Shown piece by piece: positions 19,133 through 28,382 of a stretch of DNA of 55,740 nucleotides. The notes beneath the pieces are model-generated. The model saw only the letters and a program-made list of their open reading frames with translations, had not been told where the DNA came from and ran no database searches. The DNA is from an uncultured Microbacteriaceae bacterium. Lineage in GTDB: Bacteria > Actinomycetota > Actinomycetes > Actinomycetales > Microbacteriaceae. The position numbers and the translations under genes were made by a program. Each line of letters starts with the position of its first letter. Positions within the stretch are counted from its first letter, which is position 1. The stretch lies in NCBI GenBank assembly GCA_964462815.1, contig CAYWZI010000001.1:1-55740 (forward strand), in the 5' to 3' direction.

Positions 19133-22100
19133 CAGACGCCCTTCCACGTGTCGTAGCGCTCGAGTACAGCGGCGAGACGTTCGCCATAGTTCCACCCGCG
19201 GTGAAATGTGGCGAACACGTGCTCAACCTGCTCGCGAGTGAGGTCGTATGCGAGGGCGACCAGCGCGTCGAGTTCAGCTATCAGGCCCTCTCTCTCGAGC
19301 CGGTCGGTCACCGTTCCGGTCTCCACTCCAACCGCCGACGCCCACTCGCGGTAGCGATCGTCGACGGCGGCCAGACGCCCGGAAATTTCGACGATACGTC
19401 CACAGGATTCCGACTCGGGATCGTAGAGAGGGACCGGACTTGGGGAGAGGATCTCGAACGACATAGTGATCTCAACCCATCGGCGCATGTACCAATCGAA
19501 CGGAATGCTGCTCATGACACCGAGAAGAAAAGCTTCTGCCCTTTCGTCTCCCTGGCGGCGGACAATGATTGGCGCTTTGTGTGTGCACACGCTTCCGGGC
19601 GGCAGAAGCGACAAGACGGTGGTTCTCGTGTCGGTCGACCGGGCAACATCGCGAAAGGCAATTCGCGCACGATCCATCGGCAGCTCGCCTCCTGCGAACT
19701 TGAACCCAAAGTAGACCGAGCGCGCGGAAGCAACTGCGCGGGCCATCTTTGCGGTGAGCGCCGGTCGGAGTACTTCTGGTTGCGAGTAGGCGTATGGGGT
19801 GCCGAAGTCTGGAGCCCACAGGTTTAGCGAGGCGCCCGCGAGAACTGGGATTCGACCTTTCGGCTCGTCGACGTCGAACTCGAGCTTGTCCTTGTCGGAC
19901 GTTGCGTTGACGTCTCCTTGAATGGGACGGAACTCCCAGCCCTCGCGAGCCTCATCGAAACGAGGAGAGCGCTTCATCTGGAGGAAAACCTCTGCCGACC
20001 GGGGGTCGGGAATGAGTGGAAAAGCCGCAGTCGAAGACCAATCGAGGAAGACCTCACCGGTCACTTCGGACAGCTCTCCCGCTAAGGCGCGGAAGGCTGA
20101 CTCGTTTGAGAATGGGCCAGAGAAACGAACGACATGGTCGGTTCCGCGTTCAATCACGACGAGCCCGACCGTGTAGCGGCCATCCACGTTCTCGAACACC
20201 CAACCGCCCGTGTTCGCCAGGAAGCACACGTCTGCGAAAGACCCCTTCTCGATCACATCTCTGCGCCATTGCTGGAGTCCGGAACCGGACAATGCTCCCC
20301 GAGGGAGCACAACCGCCGTCCGTCCTGTCGGGCGCAACAGCCGCCAAAACCGCCACGCAAATGCCTGGTACAGATCGAGATGCGCAGACCCAATCCCCGG
20401 ATAAAGGCCGCTCGACACGGCAAGGTTGATCGCCGCAGAGGCCTCGATTTCCGCCTCATACTGGCGCTCGAGGTCAGGTCGGCCCGCGCGGAATGCGGCG
20501 AGCGCGGCCGTTCGCTCCTTCTGCGGCATACTGCGGAGCTTCGGGATACGCAGCCCCCACCACTGGTGCTCCTCAACGTGCAACTTTTCCCATGGCGGGT
20601 TGCCTACAAGTGCATCGAATCCAGCGTTATCGCGGAGAAACACTTCGGGGAACAGGTACGGCATGTGCGCCGGGCTCAACGCGTCGACCGCTTCGCGGAT
20701 ACGCGGGTCGGTCGCGAGCTCGATGAACTGCTCGGCGTCCCAAGCCTCACCGACGGGCAGCCCGAGCCGCTTGGCGAGGGCGACATCGAAGATCGCCCGG
20801 GCGGGCGCCGCGGCGGCGGTCGCCTGCGCGAGCACCTCCGCTCCACGGGCGACCTCCGACTTGTCGGCCTCGGAAGCGCGCGCGTAATCCTTGAGCAGCT
20901 CGTGCGCCGCGGCCAGCGGCTCGCGGATGATCGGCTCGAACAGCGCTGTCGCGTTCAGAGAATCCATCGCCTCATCGACCGTGCCGATGCCGGTGAGCGA
21001 GTTCGCGAGCACGAGGCCGTGGTCAAGGCTCGACATCGGCAGGCCCGGAACGAACGTGTGGATCCAGAGTGCGAGGCGCGACAGCTCGACCGCGAGCGGA
21101 TTGATGTCGAGGCCATAGATGCAGCGACGCGCCACCTGGCGCCGCAGCAGCTGCGCCTCGGTGATCGCCTCGGCCGCTTGGGCGTCGGCGCCGAGCGCCT
21201 CGCGCGCCTTCTCGGCGAGGCGCTGCAGTTCGGCACGCACAGACGGAACGAGAGTGGTGGTGAGGAAGTCGCGCATGCCGCGCTCGATCTTGTCGACCGC
21301 CGCGACGAGAAAGTGCGCGGAACCCATCGCGAGGTCGGCAACACGGAAGTCGAAGAACAGATCGCCGGCCTCGCGCTCGCGGCCCTCGTCCATGAGCGCC
21401 TTCACGCGCCCGAGGTGCGCGTCGAGCGCGGGCTCGACCGAGCGCTCGATCAGGTGATCGACGACGATCTTCGGCGTGTAGTACGAGCCGGTCGCCTTGC
21501 GCTCACCGGAGGCGGAGTGAAAGTAAGGCTCGCCCGCCTGCACCTCAGGATCGACACCGTCAGGTGCCGGGATGTAGACGCCGTTCTTGTCGGTGGTCAA
21601 GTCGGTCTCGGCGAGCGAGAGCGACGACTCGAGCAGGCCCTCGTAGATTGTGCCGAACTCGCGCACCTGAAGCGAACGAAAGTCGACAGCGCCTGGCCAC
21701 CCCTCATCGGTCTTCTCAGTGAGCATCGCCTGCAAGGCGGGGCCGAGCACACTGTCGGGCAGTTGCAGCCTCTCGAGCAGGAGCCCCTCGTCGCTGGCGG
21801 GGTCGAAAAGGCTGCCCCCGTAGGCGGGCACACCCCACAGCGAGTTGCCTACGAAGATCGAGTTCCACACTCGATTCAGGCCGATCCAGATCGACGACGC
21901 CTCATCGGAGAAGTCGTTCGGGTCAGTCCTGCTGTCGACCTCTACGAACTTTCTCAAGCTGGTCGCGTCGTAGTGTTCGTTGCGGTCCGCTGGCAGAAGC
22001 TCCGTCGCTTCACCGTAAGCCTGGAACAACAGGCGGAACAGGATTCGCATGCTGAGGCGGTAGGCCACCTGCAAGCCTTCAGCATCGACCGTGACGCCGA

Positions 22101-23118
22101 GCTGCGGCAGGCGCTCGGCGACGGCGATCGACAGGCGCGGAACGACTCCGAGGTAGACGCGATCACGCAACCGCGAACCGAGGTCGGCCGCATATCGTGC
22201 CGAGCCTGCAAGAATTTCGTCGGCCGATCCACCCACCTCGAGAGCGTCCGCTGAGAACACGAGTGTTAGAAGGGCGACGAACTCTTCATCGAGGAATGCC
22301 AGATCGAGCTCGAAGTAGGTCTCGGACTGACCCCTCTGGCCCACGCCGACACCATCTCGACCCGGGTAGAGGCGCAGTGTGCTTTGGCGCATCACGATGA
22401 CCCACTGGACATCTTCACGCTTCGCCAGCTCCAAGCCGTGAGCAACTGGAGAGATCGGGTAGTGGGGGCTCTTCTGATCGAACTGTTCCGACTCGTTGAG
22501 CAGGACCGCGATCGCGCGACGTGACCCGCTCGTGCTGCGCAACACGAGCGCGCCGCCGGCAGCATCTTCACTCGTGAAACCGAGTGCCGCGATCAAATCG
22601 CGGCCACGTTTCTGTTGGATCGATGCGGCCCGCTCGGCGTTGCGCGCCCAGTCGGACCTGCGCGGCACATCCTTTTGCAGGTGGTAGGAGGCGAAGAGGA
22701 AGTGATTTGAGAACCCCGCAGCCCCAATGGTTTCGTAGGCCTGCTCAATAGCTCGGATGCGCTGAGTAGCGCGAATCCCGTCGGGCTCATCAAGAATCGA
22801 CTGCAGGCGAAGTTGAGCCTGAGCGTGGGGAAGAGGACCCAAGGGCATTGCGCTAGTGCCGCCAGAGAACATCCACACACCATCAGCGCCCACCGCGGCC
22901 ACAACCACCGGCATCGCCGTCTTCGCGCCACGGGTCTTCCACATGGCTGCCAGGTCGGCCTTGGCCGGTCGACCTGTCACGGTGGCCACGGCGATCTGAA
23001 CCTCGCCAACACCAGAAGTGTCACGGCCGAAGTGCACCTGCTGAGGTTCTGCACCGCCAGGAAGAGCGTCCTTCCAGGCCACAGCACGCACACCTCCGAG
23101 CTCAAGGGCATCAGTCAT
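19132..23118 (-). CDS. Large N6-adenine DNA methyltransferase (Eco57I/type IIG-like) with C-terminal specificity region
   Basis: FGTIYEGLL, RKATGSYYTP, ADLAMGSAHFL, IYGLDINPLAVEL and GFDALVGNPPW. Confidence 0.88.
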   Translation of the reverse strand: MTDALELGGVRAVAWKDALPGGAEPQQVHFGRDTSGVGEVQIAVATVTGRPAKADLAAMWKTRGAKTAMPVVVAAVGADGVWMFSGGTSAMPLGPLPHAQAQLRLQSILDEPDGIRATQRIRAIEQAYETIGAAGFSNHFLFASYHLQKDVPRRSDWARNAERAASIQQKRGRDLIAALGFTSEDAAGGALVLRSTSGSRRAIAVLLNESEQFDQKSPHYPISPVAHGLELAKREDVQWVIVMRQSTLRLYPGRDGVGVGQRGQSETYFELDLAFLDEEFVALLTLVFSADALEVGGSADEILAGSARYAADLGSRLRDRVYLGVVPRLSIAVAERLPQLGVTVDAEGLQVAYRLSMRILFRLLFQAYGEATELLPADRNEHYDATSLRKFVEVDSRTDPNDFSDEASSIWIGLNRVWNSIFVGNSLWGVPAYGGSLFDPASDEGLLLERLQLPDSVLGPALQAMLTEKTDEGWPGAVDFRSLQVREFGTIYEGLLESSLSLAETDLTTDKNGVYIPAPDGVDPEVQAGEPYFHSASGERKATGSYYTPKIVVDHLIERSVEPALDAHLGRVKALMDEGREREAGDLFFDFRVADLAMGSAHFLVAAVDKIERGMRDFLTTTLVPSVRAELQRLAEKAREALGADAQAAEAITEAQLLRRQVARRCIYGLDINPLAVELSRLALWIHTFVPGLPMSSLDHGLVLANSLTGIGTVDEAMDSLNATALFEPIIREPLAAAHELLKDYARASEADKSEVARGAEVLAQATAAAAPARAIFDVALAKRLGLPVGEAWDAEQFIELATDPRIREAVDALSPAHMPYLFPEVFLRDNAGFDALVGNPPWEKLHVEEHQWWGLRIPKLRSMPQKERTAALAAFRAGRPDLERQYEAEIEASAAINLAVSSGLYPGIGSAHLDLYQAFAWRFWRLLRPTGRTAVVLPRGALSGSGLQQWRRDVIEKGSFADVCFLANTGGWVFENVDGRYTVGLVVIERGTDHVVRFSGPFSNESAFRALAGELSEVTGEVFLDWSSTAAFPLIPDPRSAEVFLQMKRSPRFDEAREGWEFRPIQGDVNATSDKDKLEFDVDEPKGRIPVLAGASLNLWAPDFGTPYAYSQPEVLRPALTAKMARAVASARSVYFGFKFAGGELPMDRARIAFRDVARSTDTRTTVLSLLPPGSVCTHKAPIIVRRQGDERAEAFLLGVMSSIPFDWYMRRWVEITMSFEILSPSPVPLYDPESESCGRIVEISGRLAAVDDRYREWASAVGVETGTVTDRLEREGLIAELDALVALAYDLTREQVEHVFATFHRGWNYGERLAAVLERYDTWKGV

Positions 23119-23382
23119 GTGTGCGCTTCCTTCCCCGGCCGGCAGATAGCCATTCAGATTTGCACCGAGAGACGACATTCGTGTGCGCCCCGAAGCCGGA
23201 CAGCCCCACAAATTCACCAGGGGCCGCTACCAACTGGTCGAACACGCTTCTCCGTCAACTGGTTGCCCCGTCAGCCTATGGGTGAGAGACGATCAAGAAA
23301 ACGCACCCCTCAGGGGTACACGCGTATCGCAAACCCACCCGCTGTCTTTCCGCAGCGAAGCGACCCCTCCCAAACTGCATAG

Positions 23383-23398
23383 TCGAACGTATGTTCTA
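23383..23398. promoter_or_regulatory. Actinobacterial LexA (SOS) box
   Basis: TCGAACgtatGTTCTA matches the TCGAAC-N4-GTTCGA consensus with one mismatch; 10 nt upstream of GTG 23409. Confidence 0.75.
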
Positions 23399-23408
23399 GT
23401 GTTGCCTC

Positions 23409-23714
23409 GTGGGTACGAACCGCCGCTACGCAGACCGCGTCGACAGGCAGATGGCGACCCGCGCCCAACAAGTAGCCAGCGCGCCCCGACCTGTAGGGCT
23501 TTCTCCAACCGAGGTTGATCTGGCCGCGCAACCAGCCCGCTCGCAGGGCACACCAGTCCCGATTCGCGCCTGGGTGCACTTCACCGCAGCGCCCGCGCAG
23601 CTCGAGGGTGTCGCCGTCGAGTGGACTGACACCGCTGTACATGTCGAGCTCGTCGATACCGCTGGCCGCCGACACCGCCTGTGGGTGTGGGCCAGCGCAG
23701 TCGAACGCACGTGA
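23409..23714 (+). CDS. Small hypothetical protein, SOS-box preceded
   Basis: 101 aa, MGTNRRYAD...VRAWV-like...AVEWTDTAVHV...WVWASAVER; beta-rich C-terminal half. Confidence 0.7.
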   Translation: MGTNRRYADRVDRQMATRAQQVASAPRPVGLSPTEVDLAAQPARSQGTPVPIRAWVHFTAAPAQLEGVAVEWTDTAVHVELVDTAGRRHRLWVWASAVERT

Positions 23715-23737
23715 GTCCGGCCCTGCTGGGGCGTAAG

Positions 23738-25225
23738 TTACAGCCTCGAAATGGCTGCGGTCAGTAGCCGCTCCGCCGCTGCAATTGCGCGATGACGGAG
23801 CGGTTTTCTTGCCGCATTCCTATCCGTCACGACAGTAATCCAGTCTTCACGGCTCTCGGCGATTGGCGTGCGTCGGTCGCCTGCAGAAAGCGCATTCTCG
23901 TAGGTGCAATAGCGCCCTGAACGCGCCGGCGAATGCTCGAGGGTGTGAGTAGAGAGCACGTATCGAAGCGGTGCGGGGACCCCCCGGCCCCCGGGATGAG
24001 CCGTGAGACTGACGAACTGGGCCAGAAGTGCAGCGCTGACGCTCGCCGCGAGTGCGGCTACATTCTGCCGCGAGGGCTCGTTGCGGTTGCCTGCGGCAAT
24101 GTACGCAGGGTCGTCGAGCTGGCCATTCTTGTCGAGACGAACGTCGCCAAGAACCAGCTGGCCTAGACACACCATGCACGGACGCCCGGGCACAAGTGTG
24201 TGTGCACGCCAGATGCCATTACGCATCGTCCCGTTGCTGAGCGTGTCAAGGGCTATGCCGCCGTCGATGACCGGGATCAAGTCAGAGTAAGCAAGTTGAT
24301 TGAGAACAGCCCGTGGCCATGGTCGGTCTACACACGAGAAGATCACGTCGTAGTCCAGAGCGATGTTCACTCCGATCGGGTCCGTGATGCTGACTTCATG
24401 TTTGCGAATCTCGACGTGTTGAGCAGTGGACGCCGAGAGCATCAGCCGGGCTGCGACATCTACCTTCGGGCGGCCCAGTGCTGCGTCAAGGCGAGTCGCG
24501 CCAATCATTCGATCCAGATTGACGGTCTCAACAGCGTCGTAATCCATGACGCCAATGGTTTTCACACCCGTTGCGGCCAGGCGCTGCGCGACATCTAGAC
24601 CGACGCTGCCCACGCCAACCACGAGGACTCGTAACCTGGCGAGCTTGCCTTGCGTAGATTCACCCCACGAGGTCACTGTCCGAATTTGCGAACCCGTGAC
24701 AGGGGGCACAGCGCGCTGATTGTCATTCCACGACATCCTTAGCTTCGGGGCGACCGCGCGGACTGATTCGACCCAAGTGGGGGAGGACTTGTCGAACCAG
24801 AACCGCCCTGACCACGCCTCATTAACTCCGGCCAATGTCATGCCGAGCAACGGCATGGTTGTCACCGCTCGGGCAACGCGCTCATATTCAGCCTCCGTCT
24901 CGTGATCAGTCGGGCTGAGTCGTTGCCATCCCGTGCCGTCCGGATGCGAGTGCAGGAGCGCCAAACCATGGCCGAGGAGTTGTGCTTCCGACGCAGCTCG
25001 AAGTACATAGGCACTCGTGAATGACGCGTTGCCATGCACGAAACGCTCGCCCTCTCGCGGCGGGATCACCGTCTTGATCAAAGCCGTTGTGCGCTCGAGA
25101 CCGGTCGAGAGAACATACGTTGCAATCAGTACATCCTCTTGCCCGTCTTCTCGAAGCAAGTGAGCGCGCGCCTGCTCGTCGAGGTCGCCGGAGATCGCGA
25201 CGGAGTACCGCGGGTTAGGCGACAT
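23738..25225 (-). CDS. JAB/MPN peptidase - ThiF/E1 fusion protein
   Basis: N-terminal DGQED...LLHSHP....LSPTD (JAMM motif). C-terminal VVGVGSVG, DYDAVETVNLDR, PKV, FSCVD and CMVC. Confidence 0.88.
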   Translation of the reverse strand: MSPNPRYSVAISGDLDEQARAHLLREDGQEDVLIATYVLSTGLERTTALIKTVIPPREGERFVHGNASFTSAYVLRAASEAQLLGHGLALLHSHPDGTGWQRLSPTDHETEAEYERVARAVTTMPLLGMTLAGVNEAWSGRFWFDKSSPTWVESVRAVAPKLRMSWNDNQRAVPPVTGSQIRTVTSWGESTQGKLARLRVLVVGVGSVGLDVAQRLAATGVKTIGVMDYDAVETVNLDRMIGATRLDAALGRPKVDVAARLMLSASTAQHVEIRKHEVSITDPIGVNIALDYDVIFSCVDRPWPRAVLNQLAYSDLIPVIDGGIALDTLSNGTMRNGIWRAHTLVPGRPCMVCLGQLVLGDVRLDKNGQLDDPAYIAAGNRNEPSRQNVAALAASVSAALLAQFVSLTAHPGGRGVPAPLRYVLSTHTLEHSPARSGRYCTYENALSAGDRRTPIAESREDWITVVTDRNAARKPLRHRAIAAAERLLTAAISRL

Positions 25226-25610
25226 CAGCGAGCGCAATCGAAACGACACCTCGTACGTGACGTAGCCAGGCCAGTGCCGGCTGGACACTCGTGTCGGAGA
25301 AGCTGAAGTCCCGCGAGTGACGAATCCACCCTGGTGGGCAGTCGGTGGTGTCCGAGTTGGTCGCAGGAAACTGCACTGTGTCAGGAAGGTGAATCCAATG
25401 CGGTGGAACCACGGGCCAGCTCTGCACTTCTGAGATGCTGACCCCGGTCGTGACGGCCATCCCCTTGAGCGCGCCGGCCACAGCAACCACTTCGTACAGA
25501 ATTCGCGCGTCTTCAACCCGCGCGGTCGCACCTATCGCTGTCATGTCATCGATGAACTGCTGGACCGGCCCCGGGAGAGCCGGCCCAGCGAGAGTTTCGG
25601 CGTTTGTCAC
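25215..25610 (-). CDS. Prokaryotic E2-like protein (E2 family E-like)
   Basis: WPVVPPHWIHL (the E2 YP..PP equivalent) and GWIRHSRDF; lies between Ubl and E1, with overlapping start/stop on both sides. Confidence 0.6.
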   Translation of the reverse strand: MTNAETLAGPALPGPVQQFIDDMTAIGATARVEDARILYEVVAVAGALKGMAVTTGVSISEVQSWPVVPPHWIHLPDTVQFPATNSDTTDCPPGWIRHSRDFSFSDTSVQPALAWLRHVRGVVSIALADVA

Positions 25611-26038
25611 GCCACGGCCCCAACGTGCTTCGCCGTGACGAACTCGTCGCCGTTCGCAATCGTGACAATCTGGTCGTCACTGAATGACTCGCTCTCACCT
25701 GCCGACCGAACGCGAGCAAGGTCGTAGTCGGCCGGGTTGACGCCGGCCAAACGGAGGAGGGCCGCAGCTGACTGGTCGTCGTCGTAGGTCGTGAAGCGCT
25801 CTCCGTCGATGCTGAACCGGACCTTCTTGCGCGCAGAGAAGCGGCTTGAGTCCCGGAGGTTAATGATTTGGCCGTCGCCGACTTTCTGCTCGACACCGTT
25901 CTTGGCGATGACGAACAGGTCATATGACTTCGGGTCTCGACCAGCGAGCCGCAAGAGCGCTGCTGCCTCTTGGTCTGAGTCGGCAATCGTGAACGGCTTG
26001 TCATCGATGTAGATTTCCAGTTTTTGGTTCAGGGCCAT
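25607..26038 (-). CDS. Multi-ubiquitin domain protein (two tandem Ubl repeats)
   Basis: Internal repeat IDDKPF..AAALLRLAGRDPKSYDL / IDGERF..AAALLRLAGVNPADYDL; C-terminus HVGAVA; GAGGAGG RBS before ATG 26038. Confidence 0.8.
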   Translation of the reverse strand: MALNQKLEIYIDDKPFTIADSDQEAAALLRLAGRDPKSYDLFVIAKNGVEQKVGDGQIINLRDSSRFSARKKVRFSIDGERFTTYDDDQSAAALLRLAGVNPADYDLARVRSAGESESFSDDQIVTIANGDEFVTAKHVGAVA

Positions 26039-26096
26039 GAGGCCCTCCTCTCGTGTAGCGATTTGCTCCCACTCTCGGTTGAGAGCAGGTAGCATG

Positions 26097-26151
26097 TACC
26101 TGTCGGGTAAATACCATTGTACCAGAACCCTCGTTTACCAGAAAGGTAAAC
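26097..26151. promoter_or_regulatory. Candidate operators in the divergent promoter region
   Basis: TACC-N5-GGTA at 26097-26109 and GTTTACC-N5-GGTAAAC at 26133-26151. Confidence 0.45.
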
Positions 26152-26152
26152 C

Positions 26153-26506
26153 TTGCTTTTGAACTGGTCGAGCGCGTCGCTCAAAGATTGCTGCTTCTCG
26201 CGCGCTCGACTCCGAGAGATAGCGGGGGACCAAGCTGCCGCCGCCGAGGATCTGCTGCATCTTGTCTCCCACGCCCCCACGTTGACCCACCTGGGGGCGC
26301 TACGAAGCCTGCGAATCGACGTTGATTCAGGAGGCCTCACCCTTTGTATAGAAGAGGTTGAAATGCGTGCCCACACACTCGGACCAGACGGAACTACACA
26401 GCTGATTGCCAATCAGGCTTCATTGCTTGAACACGCCTCATCGGAGGCGCTGCGCGTGAATGACCTTCACGTGCGGGGCCGATCGATCCTTCGCCACTCG
26501 AACTGA
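26153..26506 (+). CDS. Hypothetical protein, possible degenerate HigB-like partner
   Basis: 117 aa directly upstream of the HigA-like gene; the N-terminus (W.S.SLKDCC...A.TL..L) loosely resembles HigB killer proteins. Confidence 0.45.
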   Translation: MLLNWSSASLKDCCFSRARLREIAGDQAAAAEDLLHLVSHAPTLTHLGALRSLRIDVDSGGLTLCIEEVEMRAHTLGPDGTTQLIANQASLLEHASSEALRVNDLHVRGRSILRHSN

Positions 26507-26517
26507 ATCGAGATACT

Positions 26518-27630
26518 ATGCCCTCGACGATGTCCACAGACTCCCCGTTCGACTTCGCCCCTCACCCCGGCCGCATTCTGCAACGCGAGCTCGATGCCCG
26601 GGAGATCAGCCAGGCCCAGTTGGCAGCGCGCACTGGGCTGAGCACGAAGCATGTCAACCTCGTAATCAAGGGGACAGCGCCGCTATCGGCTGACGTTGCC
26701 GTGACTCTCGAAGAGATTCTCGGGGTCTCCGCCGAGATGTGGTTGAGCTTGGAGGCATCGCGTCAAGCTCACGAGGCCCGCGCCGAACGGCAAAACGCAC
26801 TCGCCGGCTACAGCGACTGGGCCACGAGTTTTTCGCGACCCCTTCTTGTCGAGCGGGGGGTTATTGACTCTGCGGATCATGGCGCATCCGTCGTGGCAAA
26901 GCTGCTCGGCTTCTTTGGAGTTGCGTCGCCGCACGCCTTCGAGAAGACCTGGCTAGAGCCGCAGGCGTCATACAAGCGAAGCCAGCAGTTTTCGATCGAT
27001 GCGAACCTCACAGCCCTCTGGCTCCGCCTCGCAGAACGGCAAGCTATTCCCATCGCGCTTGGCGCGCCTGTGTACGACCAACACAAGTTGCGGGAGGCAG
27101 CCGCAGGTCTGCCCGGGCTGACCACAAGTGAACCTGCAGTTGCGTTCCGCGAAGCTCAATCCCTCTTGCTTGAAGCAGGGGTGGTCCTGGTGTTTGTAGC
27201 CGAGATTCCCAACACTCGAATCAGCGGGGTCTCCCGCTGGATCAACAAAACACCCATGATCGCCGTGACCAGTCGATACAACGCACTCGACAGCCTCTGG
27301 TTCACACTCCTCCATGAAATTGCGCACGTCCTGTTGCATCCCAAGAGGAGTACGTTCATCGACGGCGATCGGGCGAACGACGACGACGACGCCCAAGAGA
27401 CCGCCGCAAACGATTTTGCCGAGAATACGTTGATTCCTGCGTCGCACCGAGACGCGCTAATCGCGGCTTCCTCAGTCGGAGAGATTCAGGCAATTGCGGA
27501 AGATCTTGGAGTGTCACCCGCCCTCGTTGCGGGTCAGTGGGCTCACCTCAAAAAGAACTGGGCCGGGCCGATCGCAAAGCTCCGATACCGCAAGGGCTTC
27601 GACCTGGCAGAGGTGCTTCGCGCCGGCTAG
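26518..27630 (+). CDS. HigA-like XRE HTH fused to ImmA/IrrE metallopeptidase
   Basis: APHPGRIL..ISQAQLAARTG HTH; WFTLLHEIAH (HExxH) and ETAANDFA. Confidence 0.88.
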   Translation: MPSTMSTDSPFDFAPHPGRILQRELDAREISQAQLAARTGLSTKHVNLVIKGTAPLSADVAVTLEEILGVSAEMWLSLEASRQAHEARAERQNALAGYSDWATSFSRPLLVERGVIDSADHGASVVAKLLGFFGVASPHAFEKTWLEPQASYKRSQQFSIDANLTALWLRLAERQAIPIALGAPVYDQHKLREAAAGLPGLTTSEPAVAFREAQSLLLEAGVVLVFVAEIPNTRISGVSRWINKTPMIAVTSRYNALDSLWFTLLHEIAHVLLHPKRSTFIDGDRANDDDDAQETAANDFAENTLIPASHRDALIAASSVGEIQAIAEDLGVSPALVAGQWAHLKKNWAGPIAKLRYRKGFDLAEVLRAG

Positions 27631-27862
27631 CTGGGCGCGAGCTCACTCGCCTTCGAGCGACCTCGCAATGCTGGCGGAACCAGATCCGTCTCGACTCTGA
27701 TTGCCAAAAGTGCAAGCAGAGCAACTACGTTCTGACATAAGAAACATTCTCGGCGCAGGTTCCAGCCACAGCCAAGGTCCGGGAGTGCCCGTATGCGCGA
27801 GCGCGGTCATCAGCCCTCAGAAAGGGCGCAGAAAGCGTCCTCCTGAGATGAAGGAGCACCTC

Positions 27863-28303
27863 GTGGCTGAGATTGAGAGTCAACGTCGGCAGATCACCGT
27901 GATGGGCAGGCTGAAGCAGAAGCCGATCATCAAGACCGACAAGAACGAAAAGCAGTACGCGCTTCTGGAGATCGCCGTCGACCAGTTCGACCAGGACAGC
28001 GGCGAGCAGCTCGACACTGAGTGGTACAACGTCCACGCCTACGGCGCAGTCACCCCGGAGCGCCTGGTCGCCCAGTACGACAAGGGCCAGTCGATAATCG
28101 CGGTCATCAACCAGACCCGCACGCCCGAGGCGGTGAACCCCGACGAGTCGATCCACTACAACGTCTACAACCGACTGAAAGCGATCGGCCCGAACAGCTA
28201 CTTGCAGGATGTGACGATCGGCAACTACCCAAAAGCTGAAGGCCGGCTCGAGCAACACGAGCCGGCACCCAGCGCCGAGCGGGTTGCCGAGCGCACCGCC
28301 TGA
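27863..28303 (+). CDS. Single-stranded DNA-binding (OB-fold)-like protein
   Basis: ITVMGRL...LEIAVD....TEWYNVHAYG...KGQSI pattern of SSB; GAAGGAG RBS before GTG 27863. Confidence 0.65.
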   Translation: MAEIESQRRQITVMGRLKQKPIIKTDKNEKQYALLEIAVDQFDQDSGEQLDTEWYNVHAYGAVTPERLVAQYDKGQSIIAVINQTRTPEAVNPDESIHYNVYNRLKAIGPNSYLQDVTIGNYPKAEGRLEQHEPAPSAERVAERTA

Positions 28304-28322
28304 GCGGCCGGAGCCAGCACAC

Positions 28323-28356
28323 AAGAAGAGGCCACCCCATGGGGTGGCCTCTTCTT
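28323..28356. terminator. Bidirectional terminator (perfect 34-bp palindrome)
   Basis: AAGAAGAGGCCACCCCA/TGGGGTGGCCTCTTCTT between convergent genes. Confidence 0.8.
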
Positions 28357-28382
28357 CGTTTCACGCTGCTCGGCCTCGATCC

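Noticed and set aside
20134..22254. Long plus-strand ORF (706 aa), and similar ones at 42302-43915 and 52190-53671
   Set aside because: Antisense shadows of real high-GC genes, with no motifs of their own.
13792..23118. Calling the operon a complete DISARM or BREX system
   Set aside because: No DrmA/DrmB (DUF1998), PglZ or BrxC genes are visible.
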